Made by a program: the position numbers and the translations under genes
DNA from: Paragordius varius
Taxonomy: Eukaryota; Animalia; Nematomorpha
Length of the DNA stretch: 64,000 bases
Assembly (NCBI GenBank): GCA_964247055.1
Contig: OZ176050.1
Location: 11,222,001 to 11,286,000 of the forward strand
Direction: 5' to 3'
In this document: in pieces, positions 37,151 to 49,920 of the stretch
Numbering within the stretch: the stretch's first letter is position 1
Layout: each line of letters opens with the position of its first letter
Notes under the pieces: generated by a model
What the model was told of the DNA's origin: nothing
Seen by the model: only the letters and a program-made list of their open reading frames with translations
Database searches by the model: none

Positions 37151-39696
37151 ATGGCTCCACCTGCCTATTTAGATTTGGGTAAAGAGGCTCGCGATCTTTT
37201 CACAAAAGGCTATTGTTAGTTATTTTAGATTTATATAAATCATATAGTTTTCAATATATTTAAGCTTGAATCAAAATCAAAGACTTTAAGCAATGTTGAA
37301 TTTACTGTGTCAGGAAACTCTAATATTGATACCAAGGATGTTGCAGGATTCTTGGAAACGAAACATAAATGGAAAGAATATGGTTTCAATTTTATTCTCA
37401 CAATTATTTAGGTTTGTCTATGAAAGAAAAATGGAGCACCGATAATATGTTATTGACCGATATATCCTGTGAAGATTATTTGATGCGCGGCCTAAAAGTT
37501 GGATTGGAAACTTTATTTTCGCCTAACACGGGGTATAAAACATTTCAATTGTTTAGATTTAATAAATGCTTTATATCCATAAATTATAGAAAAATTTGTT
37601 CCGTTAAATTTAAGTTTAACAATTGTATTTATTTAATATATTTGTTTAGGAAAAAGACGGCTCTGGTTAAAACGGCATTTAAGCATGATAATTTTCACGT
37701 GTCTAACGACTTTGAAGTTCCCTATATTGGTATTATATGTAAACTAAATAATATTTCTAGGGAGTACTCCTTTAACCGTTGGTACTTCTGCTGTGATTGG
37801 GTAATATATTAGAATTTTTAATTGATATGTTGTAAAATATATTTTTTAAACATTTAAGTGCCAAAATGCGAGAGTAATAAGTTTTTCGGTTTTTTATACT
37901 AAATGTATATCTTTAATAACTTTGAATACTTTTGAAGAAAATTCCAATAAATTTAGTAATAGCCGACATATATATAACCTGTTATTATAAAAAAGTTACG
38001 ATAAATGGATTGCTGGTTTACATGTGATTTTTGATACGGCCACCAATCAACTTACCAAAACAAATTATGCTTTTGGTTATCGTGGATCCGATTTTACCAT
38101 TCACACTAATTGGTATAATATTTTTTTCAAAAATTTATTTATTTATATGTATTGGCAAAATATTGAATTTTATAATCTTAAAATATTTAATACTGTCAAC
38201 ACGAATGCAAATTTTTTGTATTAATGATAAATTATTAAAAATTAAAATTTCAAAAAAATTTGATGCATGGTAGTAAATTTAAAAAAATGAAAAAGATATA
38301 CTTAATATATTACTAACATTGGTTTTTTCGTTTTATTATTCTTCATAGATTAGCATATGTATAGAAAAATTTTGGATACTTAAGACTTACAAATTTTACT
38401 AAAACCTGAATTATTTAAATATGCATCATTTTTACAATCAAAATATCTTTAGTTATCATATATACTCGTGTTTATAAATGTATAGTAACGAAAATAACGA
38501 TATTGGCATTTCCCTTCATCAGCTGGTTAAACCTGGATTAGAAATGGGTGTTCAGATTGGTTATACCCTAGGAAATCAAGCCACTAAATTTGGCGTTGCA
38601 TTTAAACATATCATTGATCCATTTTCTGCTATTCGCGTATATTTTATATAATTACTTTTTGCCTAAAACATTTTTAACCGTCGGTTTTATCAAAATTTGG
38701 TTCATATTGAAGTATTTTATGAGTCCGTTACTTTAGATAAATATGGCATTAAATAGATTTTGGATGTTGAGTTAATATAAATGGGTTTTGAAATATTACT
38801 TTGTATACATAGGTAATTTAAAAACTTAATATGTTAACCCTTCTCCCTAAATATCGAAAAATTTTATTTGATATATTTATTTTTGGTATAACACAATTAA
38901 TAATCAATTTTAAGCAGTACTGGAATTATAAATTATTTAAATTTTGCAGGTATTAGGTTTTATTCAAAAAAATCAACCCACATAAAAATCAGTGTCACAA
39001 CATTATAATCACTGTGTTTATTTTATAAAATATATGATAATTTTAAATTCAATATAGTAGTGAATATTATTTTACCATGTATTAATGTTAAAATTAAACT
39101 TTATTTTATTAGGTTAAATTAAACAATGCAAGCCAGGTTGGATTAAGCTATACCCATTTTTTACGCGAAGGTAATTTATTTTTAATAATGATTAGAACCA
39201 TTTTTTTAGATCAGATAAATTTTTATGGTCTACTGGAGAAAGATTTTGATATATATAAGGAATTAGAACCGAAGCTCTTTTGAGTTGTTAGTCACATTTT
39301 TTTAAAAAAAAACAGATTTTGTCAAATAGTTTTTATATCGGTTTCATTTTTAATTTAAAGCATGTACCTTTCATCCTGATATGTGGCTCACATGTTAAAC
39401 CTGGCATATAAACTATAAAAACTTGTTTTATAATACTTTTTTTCCGAATAAAATGAGATTTGTCCAATTAAATATTTAAAATAATGTTAATTTTAAAATA
39501 ATTAACACGACAATGTTTAGAACCGCGGTTCTGGTTATAAAAACGTTTCTGATTCCTATATATATCGATATATATATAGGAATATATTATAATACTTTTT
39601 ATAGGTGTAGCTTTAACTCTATCAACCCTTATTGATGGCAAGAATTTGAACCAGGGCGGACATCAAGTAGGATTGGCCCTGGAAATCGAAAGTTAA
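37151..39696 (+). CDS. VDAC: Voltage-dependent anion channel (mitochondrial porin), 9 exons, 285 aa
   Basis: Exons 37151-37214, 37248-37382, 37412-37532, 37650-37729, 37761-37800, 37996-38112, 38486-38636, 39113-39170 and 39605-39696 sum to 858 nt. Motifs [69 protein letters not shown]. Confidence 0.95.
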
Positions 39697-39818
39697 TCAA
39701 AAGAATGAAATAACAACCTTATACAAAATTATTTATTAATTTTGAATACATATAAAACAACTTGTGTGATATTTTATTCCAATAAATTTGCTCATTTGTT
39801 ATAAAATATTACGCATTA

Positions 39819-40030
39819 CAGTATGCATTTTAATGGTTGCTCTTCACACTATAATTGGGCAATTTGCAACCAATAGTGTATGGAAAAACTACAAAATTTT
39901 GAATAAACAAATTTTTTCCTGCTTACAGTACTTTGTTTATATTCAATATTTTCTTTTCTTTTTCCATACCCTACTGTGTTGTTATTTTCCCAACTAAGTG
40001 TAAAATAAGCAACCATTAAAATGCATACTG
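39819..40030. mobile_element. MITE family B copy between the convergent VDAC and TFAM 3' ends
   Basis: TA|CAGTATGCATTTTAATGGTTGCT...AGCAACCATTAAAATGCATACTG|TA. Confidence 0.8.
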
Positions 40031-40150
40031 TAATTAACGTAAATATAGATTAATAAAACTAAACTATAAACATATTAAATTGAGCATGGATATGTGATGA
40101 TTGTATTTGTGTTATGAGATCTAAAATTTCTCAATTAATTGTTATGTGTT

Positions 40151-43136
40151 TCATTCATTTCTTTCTTTAATGCTTTCACTTTTGGATGTCTTGGGTTTTT
40201 CTGTCGTCTTTTCTGACCTTTTTTTCATTAAAGATTCTGTAGATTTTGTCGACGTTTTAGATTGTAAATCTTCATTTTCAGTTTTTTTCTTTGCTTTCAA
40301 TAGGGCAACTAAGCCACGTTTTGATACCAATAATTCGGTCAATTCATCCGGGTACCTAAGAAAACATTGTTGTTAATTAATAACAATATTAAAAATACTT
40401 TTTAGGGAAAATAAAATATTGTTTGTATATACCAGTGGTATATATTTACCAAAAATTTTTAAAAGGACAAAAAATATTTTTCTTGGCTCAAGACAAAGGG
40501 GATAACGATATAATTTTTATAGCTCTTAACACATTTACAGATAAATATACTCCAATATACTAAAAATTTAATAAATAATTTAGGGCAATCAAAAAGCCGT
40601 TTGAGAGCCGCGGTTTAAATATCACTGGCACACATAAAGATTCAAATTTATCCTCGAATTTTCAAAATTCAATTTCTAATTTTCGAGTTTATATTTAATC
40701 ATTTCAAATTTATTTATTTAATGTGTTTTTGACATTGAACTAATTATTAGATGTTTGTTCAAAGCAAAGGGGTGACTAGCACAAATGGCTTCGCGGGCAG
40801 CCTTTTAAACTAAAAAACAGCGGGCCGCATTTGAAGTGAATATATGGCAGTCATATATAATTTATTGGATTTTATATAAACTAAAAACTAATTAACAATT
40901 TTTTCTAGTTCTTGCCAATTAAATAACAAAATTAGGAAAATTGTTTAAGAAATGTTGATCTTACTAATTATAAGCATATTTTTAAAAATTATAGGTACCC
41001 AAATTTTTCGCGGGCCGCGTGTTGCCCACCCCTTTTGGTATTTTATCATTTTTTATTATTCTGGTGGGCAATTATTTTTTAGAAACTAAAGGTTATTTTT
41101 AATTTTATAAACAATTTTTGACAATAATATTTTTTATATAATTGAAACATGGCATTAAAATTAATATCTATGATTACTGATAATTTTTTAATCTACTAGA
41201 TTAATAAAACGAGAGAAACTATGTAACTAATCTTTTAGTCCAAATTTATGTTTATGGGTGATAAAATTATCAAGGGTGAGTTATAAAGATAAAACGTCAA
41301 AACTAAAGGACTAATATTTTGGAGAAAAAAAAATTTTGATCCTTGATTTTTTTCAAATCAAATAAAATACGATTGTCAAATATATAAGATTATGTTATTA
41401 ATTTACACCTATGCTATTTATTGCATGGGTTTTATCTTTGTAAATTAGATTTTTACTATAATAAAATTAATATGTTTTTACAATTATATACCCCTGATTA
41501 CTCATGTGTTTTTTCCATTCCTCAATTTCTTTATTGTTAAGCTCTTTTTGATTTTTCCACTCTTCGACAAACTTTGTTTTTTCTTCCTTGGGTAAATTTT
41601 TCCAGCTTTCAGCGGCTTCTCTCATGTATTCAGGCTAATCAATAAGTAAAATGATCAATATTACACTCATGAATAATTATAGTGAAATAAAAAATCTTTA
41701 GTAAAAAATAATTTTGTTACAAAAAAATGGTATATGTGAAATTTTAAAAGCCCTTTTTATCTGGATGTTATATGGAGTTAGCGCTAACAAATTAATTTTA
41801 TAATTTAATTTTAATAAATAGTTAGGCTTTTTACAAGCAAAAATATGAATATATATCATCTATCCGTATATTTTTGCATTTTAATTATTTAGTTAAAAAA
41901 TTTTTTGGTCAACTGTTTCATTTAGTGTCAAAGGACATTAAAATATATGTTTTAAAATGTGCACTGAACAAAAATATCCCGGCAAAATTTAATTTTAAAT
42001 TAGGTAATCTTTTTAGTTGGCACTATAACACAAACATAAAATTCTGATCCGCCGCAATTTCACTTTTAAAAATATTTACAGATAATATACTTTTATGATT
42101 GATATATTAAACTTATGCGCATATCATATATTTTTCTCGATTAGCGAAATCAACATTAATGAGCGGTAAATACGCCCCCCATGCCATTGGAAAATCAAAC
42201 GCATAATATTACAGTATGCATTTTAATGGTTGTTTATTTCACATTATAGTAGGGCAATTTAACACAGTAGTGTATGGAAAAAACAAGAAAAATGATATTG
42301 TGAAGCAACCATTATGTATATTGTAATTGCGAAAAAAAATGGTATTAGAATTATAGGTTTTATTTTTTATGTATCTATCTTTCAATGAAAATACATTGAA
42401 ATGATGTAATTATAATGCTTTTAATTATGTTTATAATTTATTTATTCACGTATATATATATATATACATCCCTAACCCTATTAACTGTTGATATATTTGT
42501 TAAAAGATAGATAATAACCTTAAATTGACAATCATGAGGTCTATTTTATTTTTTATTTATCCAACTGATTTTACCTATTATGAATTATTTTAACCATAAA
42601 AATAAAGATGTATGCATAAAAACACTTCAGGAAAATACATACCCCGGTTTTATGGGTTTTAGTTTCAGTTTCAAAATATTTTTTCATGTAATAAGCATAT
42701 GCAGAAGGAGCATATTTAGGGACATCAATGTTAACTTTTTTCGGGTTTTTTATATAACCATCCATAATCAAGTTAGATTTTACCTTAGCAGGTAAATCTT
42801 TGAGAATTTGATTTAAATCATTTTGATAAATTTTATAAGCATCGATATGTCTCTGCCTCAAAATCTAACGATAAAAATTATTAAAAACTTGTTTCTCATC
42901 TTGTGGCAATTCTTTGTACAATTCAATTATTTTAAGTAAGGTTTGTTTACCATTTAAGCCTGAAATATATTACAACTTTTACCTTTTAAAATCGAGTTAA
43001 GCTGTGTTTTATGTGATGTATAGAAATCTGCGATAACTGGTCTAGGCCGTTTGGGCAAATTTTTTATATGTTCTGACAGCGCTGATTTAGAAAAATATTT
43101 TATATTTGGCGTATTAATAAATTTGCAAAAAAACAT
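40151..43136 (-). CDS. TFAM: Dual HMG-box protein, probably mitochondrial transcription factor A; 5 exons, 264 aa
   Basis: Exons 42983-43136, 42889-42959, 42643-42864, 41492-41634 and 40151-40355 sum to 795 nt. The N-terminus lacks acidic residues over its first 21 aa (presequence-like). HMG starts PKRPRP and PKYAPSAYAYY; WKNLPKEEK...WKKHMSNQGYPDEL parallels the TFAM WKNLS...WEEQMIEVGRKDLL; Lys-rich tail. Confidence 0.75.
40766..41035. mobile_element. Decayed hAT-like MITE in a TFAM intron
   Basis: AAAGGGGTGACTAGCAC...GTGTTGCCCACCCCTTT with subterminal GCGGGCCGC motifs; TSD not found. Confidence 0.5.
42212..42323. mobile_element. Short MITE family B copy in a TFAM intron
   Basis: TA|CAGTATGCATTTTAATGGTTG...AAGCAACCATTATGTATATTG|TA. 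Confidence 0.6.
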
Positions 43137-43208
43137 GTTTAAAAAAGTGAAATTCAAATTAAAATAAGTATCATATGTGTAGCACTTTTAGGTTTGTTAT
43201 TTTAAATC
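43137..43208. promoter_or_regulatory. 72-bp divergent intergenic region between TFAM and RPB12 (probable bidirectional promoter)
   Basis: ATG of TFAM at 43136 (minus) and ATG of RPB12 at 43209 (plus). Confidence 0.6.
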
Positions 43209-43437
43209 ATGGCAGAATCGACAGTTGAAAATGAGCAAGTCCCCAAGCAACCGATGACATATATTTGTGGAGGTTTAATTTTTTTTATTTTTAGAATGTC
43301 ATTATGAAAATGAAATTAAGCCAAAGGACCCTATTAGATGTCGTGATTGTGGATACCGTATCTTATATAAGAAACGTACGAAACGATGTAATAATTTATT
43401 TTTATAATATATAGTAATAATATATGATGCAAGATAA
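43209..43437 (+). CDS. POLR2K: RNA polymerase I/II/III shared subunit RPABC4 (Rpb12), 3 exons, 59 aa
   Basis: Exons 43209-43272, 43295-43387 and 43415-43437 give [59 protein letters not shown], with the CxxC...CxxC zinc ribbon. Introns are 22 and 27 nt. Confidence 0.95.
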
Positions 43438-43440
43438 AAT

Positions 43441-44655
43441 TTATTCCATAAGCACTCTTTGGAGAATATCGTGAGATTTGAATACATTTTCCATCTTATT
43501 TCGCTCAACATTGATTATAAACTATAAATATAATAAATAATTGTTACTTTTATTATTAGTCCATTAAATAATTTTTCAAGCGTTATGATGTTCATATCAT
43601 GCATTATATGGCACAAATCAGTAAATTCGGAGTACTTGAGATTATGGGTTTTAAATTTTTTGCAATAATCATTATAAAACATATAGGCCTAAATCATATA
43701 TATAATGTTAAAACTTTATTTAGCTGAGTGCCATTAGAGTCAGACGAATATTTTATCAAGGTAGCCAGAATAAATTTTTGATTAAAAGAGCAGTTGTAAT
43801 TGATTATATCATAAATAAAATTTTGTTGAGTAAATATTTTTGATACATCATCCATACTGACTTTTTGATTAGATTTGTTAGTAATATCTCTAAAAATTTG
43901 ATTTTCTGGTTTTTGATCAAGGGCCTTTTTACAGACATCCATAGCCAGGCGTATGTCACCATTAAGGCTCGCGACTTTTTTACAACAATATTTTAGGGCA
44001 TCGGGATCAAACATGGATTTAATTTGCTAAAAATTAGTTGGAAAAGTATACTTTTGTTTTGTGACATAAAATATCATACATTTGATTTTCCATGTATGGT
44101 TTGAATACTAAAATTTTTGGTAATGGCACAGAATTTTTGTTTAAGGCGGGGACCAGCTTTTCTATGAGATCCAATGTGTTTGAAACGGCAATCAAAATTG
44201 TTTGAGTATTATAATAAATATGATGAAATAATTTAAGAATAATATCGTAGTTTTTAGTTTTTAACTGATCGATTTCATCTAATATCAATATTTGTTTTCG
44301 AGATTTGGTGGCAAATTTTATAATGTCAGAAGCTTTGTTTAATGTCATACAATTTATTATGTCAACAATATAATTTGTGGTCTAAAATTAATAATAATTT
44401 ACCATTTCGTTTTTTATCCGAGTAATTGTCAGTGTTTTTCCAGTGCCAGGAGGGCCTGATAAATAGAGTAAACGGGATTTTTGAGAATTATTTAAAAACG
44501 AAATTATCTCATTGAATTCTCCGTCTCGGTGTAGGTATGTTTTTCTATTTAAGGTTGAGGAATTATTTTTGCAGCAATCATCTAATATTAAATTAAATTA
44601 AACCTTCTCTAAATTTACGTTTTCGATTTTGTAATACTAAAGTCTGCTGCATCAT
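43441..44655 (-). CDS. CDC6: Replication licensing AAA+ ATPase CDC6, 6 exons, 364 aa
   Basis: Exons 44604-44655, 44403-44581, 44052-44381, 43715-44026, 43548-43688 and 43441-43521 sum to 1095 nt. Walker A SGPPGTGKT, Walker B ILILDEIDQL, sensor I IAVSNTLDL, FKPY, and sensor II KKVASLNGDIRLAMDVCKKA. Introns are 22, 21, 25, 26 and 26 nt. Confidence 0.9.
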
Positions 44656-46041
44656 ATTTCAAAAGTGGCGCCTTGTATATTGCGGGAGTTGAACTGTCAA
44701 ATGTGTTGTTTGGTGAATAAAGTATATAAACATAAATATTTTATTTATAAAGCAATTATTAAAGTAACTAAGGATTAATATTTTTTAATAAATAACCGAT
44801 TACTATAAACATACACAAGAATAAAATATATACCTGTTTCAATGAACAAAATCAGGCGTTAAAAATAACCTGATGGAATATAATCAGAACTCTAATGATG
44901 CTTTGTCTTCAAGGACTCACAGCGATTTAAGAAAAATATATATTTGTGGAAAATGATCCATAGTAAAAATTGCAAAAAAGCGATTATAGTATGCATAAAA
45001 CTAATATATGATGAAACAATATTCTATAAATTTAGAATTTCATACCGCTTTCGGTTTTGGCCCTTACGAAAATATAAGAAAATACTGTTCTGATTATCAA
45101 AAAAAGCGAAATTTGCACACATCTTGAGTAATAAAACTCTCTTGGTACAAGTTAACTTATTTATTAAAATCTACTTAAACCATATTTAATAATATGAATT
45201 TTACGATTTGGTCTCCGAAAACCCCAAGTTTTTATTCCGCTAAAATGGAATATCTCAAAATTTCTGAAAATGCATACTTTTTACAAGAATTTGTATATTA
45301 GGGAAAAAAACCCTTTTTCATATTATTAGAACACTTTTTTACATAATTAGATGATGCTGAACATTTATATCAGCTCGGAATTTCAAAACGGCTCGTTTGC
45401 TTTTAGATTCGGTAAATATTTGTGGAAAAAACAATTTGTCTTCTAGCCAAATTTTGAATTAATGAATAATTTAATCACAATTGGGATAGAAATGTTAAAC
45501 ATCATCAAATTATATATAAAAGTTTATTGTAAATATCTTAAGACGTATTTATACCTATGCCTCAAACTACTATGGAGTATGCCTTAATAAAATTTTGCAA
45601 AAATAAAAATTTTGATAGCTTTTTTGAAAATATATTTTTAGTTGATAAAAGTTTGGCATAAATTTCAAATTTTTATTTCGTGATCTCTACCATTCGTTTT
45701 AATTTAGAGAACCAGCCTAAAGTACGAAAAAATTTGGGTTGAAAGCCCTTATAAAATTAATTTTTTTAATATGTTATACTTTTTATATGTAGTATATAAT
45801 ATATTTTATTGATATTTTCGGAATGAATCATTGTGCTAACCAAAAAAAAGTTTTTCTATTTCTGATATGGAGCTATTCCCAAATGTAAATAACTGCCTTA
45901 AATCGTTCGCAAAGTCCAAAACCAAAAGCAACGTAAAAATGCTGATGCATTTTATCAGTATATATTTTTTTTAGATGTTTTGTCAACCTTTCTATAGATC
46001 TTCCGAAAGCTGTTCCGCATTTTATAAAAGTTTTTTGTTAA

Positions 46042-46561
46042 AACTTTAATTCAATTTGGAGTATCTAAGTACCCCAGACCAAATTAAAGTTCAAAATATA
46101 AAAACTACTGAAGGAAACGGTATTAATTTAAATTTATGCTTCTATCCTAATAATATTTGTATAAATAAGCTAAAATATCTTAATAAAATTTTGTTTTGAA
46201 AAAAGTTCCATGTCAAACTATTTGGAGGCCAGATCATTTATTTTTCAATGTATAATTAAAGCTATTTTTTTAAATCACATCTAACATTGATATAATAAAA
46301 AAAGTAGTTTAAGTTGTATTATTTTTTAATTTAGTTAATGCACACATGTCACTGACTAAATATTTACCTTTGGGTTTTACCTTAAAATAAGTAATATCAA
46401 GTATTTTTTAAAAAAGTTTTAAATATATTCCGGTTTATTAATGTTATATGAGTGCAAATTTTTGCCATGGTTTATATTCCTTCCATTTAATTTAAACCGG
46501 TCTGGGGTATCCAACTACCCCAATTTGAATCGAACTAAAATTAATGTGTTGTATGTAAGTG
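46042..46561 (+). mobile_element. TTAA-flanked piggyBac-like non-autonomous element
   Basis: Flanked by TTAA at about 46038-46041 and 46562-46565; collinear with 54000-54560 and with 1-363. Confidence 0.6.
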
Positions 46562-46827
46562 TTAAAAGAGATAAAGTTTTTTAAATTCATGATATGCCTA
46601 CTTTTTCAGTAAGTAAATAAATATCCAGATAATCTAGAACTGTGACAGCGATATTGGAGTGTAAAATATCGTTTATTTTAACAAGTTTAGTAAATTTATT
46701 TAGTATTAAAAATTAAAAAAAATGTTTTAAGATATTTTCAAGACTAACGCAGAACTCAAAAAAAGTATTATTTTGACAAAGAGAAATTTGGTTAACAGCC
46801 GATAAAAAAATTTGTTCTGATTAAAAA

Positions 46828-47300
46828 CATTAGACACTAATTTTTTCTACCACTCGAGTTTTTGCATTTTCTGATATTTAATATTATTTTAAGAGTAAAT
46901 CTGAAAAAATTATAATTCCGCCCAAAAATTTTTTATAATTTAATTTTTTATGATTCCCCTTTTTATCAAAATACTATACAACAAATGCCCATTTTTAATA
47001 TATCATTCGAAAGAGTTATGAAAACTTTATAAATTGCATACTAATATGTTTTTCATCGTGGGTAAATATTGGACATAGGAAGTGACAAACCCGCGAAGTG
47101 AAAGCGTTTTCTAATAAATATATTTAAGACTAATGAATGATTATAGCTCAACCTGTGTAATGGCAATAATTGTCTAAAAAGAAAACACAAGAATGTTTTT
47201 TGGATTAAAACACTTCTTATGCTTTTATGTCATTAACAGCCGTTTTTTATTAATTATTTTCTTCACTTATAATTTTTAATAAAAATATAGTTTAGGGAAC
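46828..47300 (+). mobile_element. Decayed partial copy of the 19106-20216 element
   Basis: Matches tcgagtttt-tgcattttctgatattta, atgcccattt-taatatatcattcgaaagagt, aatattggaca and gcgaa-gaaagc of the left half. The right boundary is approximate. Confidence 0.55.
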
Positions 47301-47559
47301 TCTTTATCTTATATACCAATATTTAATAAATTTATAGTTTTAACTATGAATGTTAATTATGGGGTCGCGAGTGATAAAATTAAATTTTAACAAAAAATGT
47401 TTTTTTTACTTGTAAAATCTATATATTTTTAAAAATGGAAAATGCAGCTTTGAGATCTGTTTCCGGAAAACCGGTAGACCTATTTAAATCCAAATGTCGA
47501 AAATATATTCATTAATGAAGACAACCTCGCCTTTTTATGAAGGTCCCTAGTTTGTGCCC

Positions 47560-49830
47560 ATCCCGTGTAAAAAAACGGTAAAAACATATTTCCACAAAAA
47601 CCGTGTCTTTGCGATTTTCCTGAAAACGTGTTGGACCATTTGATTTAAAATATAATTCTTTTTTACTTATTTTCAATTGCGCCTAACACAGTCGTCTCGC
47701 TTTTTTAATTTAGGCCCTCTTTTTACCCGCTCCCCCCGTAAAATGCCACTTTTTCAAAAAAACATAGCAAAAAAAAATTTTTTGATTTTATTTTTGGCCT
47801 AAGATCTGAGACCCTAAAAATTCATTAAGGATTACAGGTATTCCCTGTTAAAAGGCAAATATTAGTCAAGCGTTTTTTTATGTTGGCTGCTGGATAAGTA
47901 CCCGCTAAAAACAGTCCCGTCATATGGAAATAGCGTGCCTTAGGGGCTAAATTTAAAATAACCTATCAGGCCATATGAATTAAATAGGTGCCAAAAATTT
48001 AGGTCATAAGATTTTTCAAAATTATAGTTAATTAGGCCCTTCACACCCTAAAAAATACGCCACTATAGAATGATTTTTTTAGTTTTAAGGCAATTTCTAA
48101 AAACTAATGAGAGCATATGGAATCAATAATATTCCAGGTATCCTCTAAAAAGGCAATATATTAATCTCGCGCTGTTCTTATATCAGCCTTTGGGTAACTA
48201 CCCGCCTAAAACTGCGCCATCATATGGAAATTGGGTTGTTTAGGATTTAATTTTTAGAAAACTTATTAGGCCATATAAGTTTAATAAGGCGTAAAATATT
48301 ACCCGTAAAAAGGCGAAAATTTAAGTCTAGCGATTTTTCGTAAATTAGCCGTTTAGGCCCTTTACGCCCTAAAAATGCGCTATCATTAAACTATTATTTA
48401 GTTTTAAGGCCATTCTTCCAAACCCTAAGAACATATAGATTCATCCAGGTATTTCCCTATAAAAGCAAAAATTTTTATGGAGCATCTTTTATATTGGCTT
48501 TTGGGTAGGGTGTTACCCGCCTACAACTGCACCACCATATCGATACAGCGTAACTTTGGAGTCAAATTTTAGAAAACTTATCAAGCCTTATGAATTCAAT
48601 AAGGGCTTGAAATATTACCCGCAAAAAGGCAAACATTTAAGTAGAGCGGTTTTATTAAATTACCCCTTAATTAGGCCCTTGGCCTAATGCGCCACCATAA
48701 AACTTTTTGGTTTTGAGGCATTTTTTCGAAAATCCCACGAAATTATATGGAATCAATCATGATTCCAGGTATTACCCGAATTAAGGCAAAAATTTTAATT
48801 GAGCGTTTTTTGTTTCGCCCCTGGTTAGGAGGCTACCCGCGTAAAATGCGTCACCATTAGGGTTGTGCATTTGACTGCTTTTTCAAAAATGTCCGGTCAG
48901 ACCCGGTCAGACCATGGTCATGACCACTTTTTGCCAAAATAAATACCAAGAGATATTGGATTGTTAAAATAATGTTCGAACGACACTTGCGTTTCACTAA
49001 TAATGTCATGTTTTTTCTTAAAAGTTTATATTATACATTTTTTTATATTTACAATATCAATCAAATTTAATCAAGAATTTGTTGTAAAATAAATTTTGCC
49101 ACATTCTTGTGGCCTTCTGAATCTTCAAATTCATAGCATTTAATATACTGGATATTTTCTGATAAAATTTTACCAATGACCATGCTCAAAAATAAATCGT
49201 CCTGACCTGGTCATGACCCGGTCAGTTGACCGGTTCATGACTTGGTCAGCACAACCCTAGTTACCATATCGATACAACCTTTGGAGCCAAATTTCAGAAA
49301 ATCTATGAGTCTAATAGGAACATATGGATTTCATAATAATTCCAGATATTCCCCATATGAGGGCAAAAATTTTAACCAGCGCTTTTTATACCTGCCCTTA
49401 GGAACTACCCGTCAAAAACTGAGCCAGTATATAGAATTGTTTTGGAGCTAATCTACAGATTATTTATGAAGCCATATGAGCTCATTAAAAGCTTGAAATA
49501 TTATCGGTAACGTAAAAAAAATCAGGCGTTTTATAAACCGTTAATTTGGGGCCTTTATATCCTAAAAATACGCCATCATATAACGATAATTTAATGTTTC
49601 GGTATTTTTCGAATAACCCATGAGACGATTGTATGAAAGATGATTCCAAATATCTGCCCTATATAGGCAAAGAATTTAACACAGCGCTTTTTCCAAAGAG
49701 GTCTATGGGTAGGGGTCTACCGGTTTAAAACTGAGACGCCATACAAAAATGGCGCGGTTTTGGAGCTAATTTTCAAAAAAATTAAAAAGCCATACGAGTT
49801 CAGTTAAACACATTTCTGAATTTGTATATT
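47560..49830. repeat. Degenerate ~300-bp tandem repeat, about 6-7 units, relatively GC-rich
   Basis: Recurring ccagg/atatt anchors near 47835, 48135, 48445, 48765, 49340 and 49645, with tacccgc, aattaggccct, cgccac/t and aaaaggcaaa in the same order. The longer step spans the hAT insert. Boundaries are approximate. Confidence 0.65.
48858..49259. mobile_element. hAT MITE inserted in the tandem repeat
   Basis: TIR TAGGGTTGTGC...GCACAACCCTA; 8-bp TSD GTCACCAT/GTTACCAT (7 of 8 match); subterminal ccggtcag/ggtcatgacc repeats. Confidence 0.8.
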
Positions 49831-49920
49831 ATCATTCTTTCCAAAGGGGCACCAATGATTATAATATCATGTATAAATTTAATTAATCAGAAGATGTTAT
49901 AAAAATTTATAAAAGATGTA

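Noticed and set aside
37369-37812. 147-aa ORF as a separate gene
   Set aside because: It is VDAC exons 3-4 read through their introns.
44873-46030. Plus-strand gene head-to-head with CDC6 (MEYNQNSNDALSS...)
   Set aside because: All frames close quickly. The region has an internal inverted similarity (about 45040-45070 versus 45910-45940) and shares motifs with 61310-61410, so it is more likely a decayed repeat.
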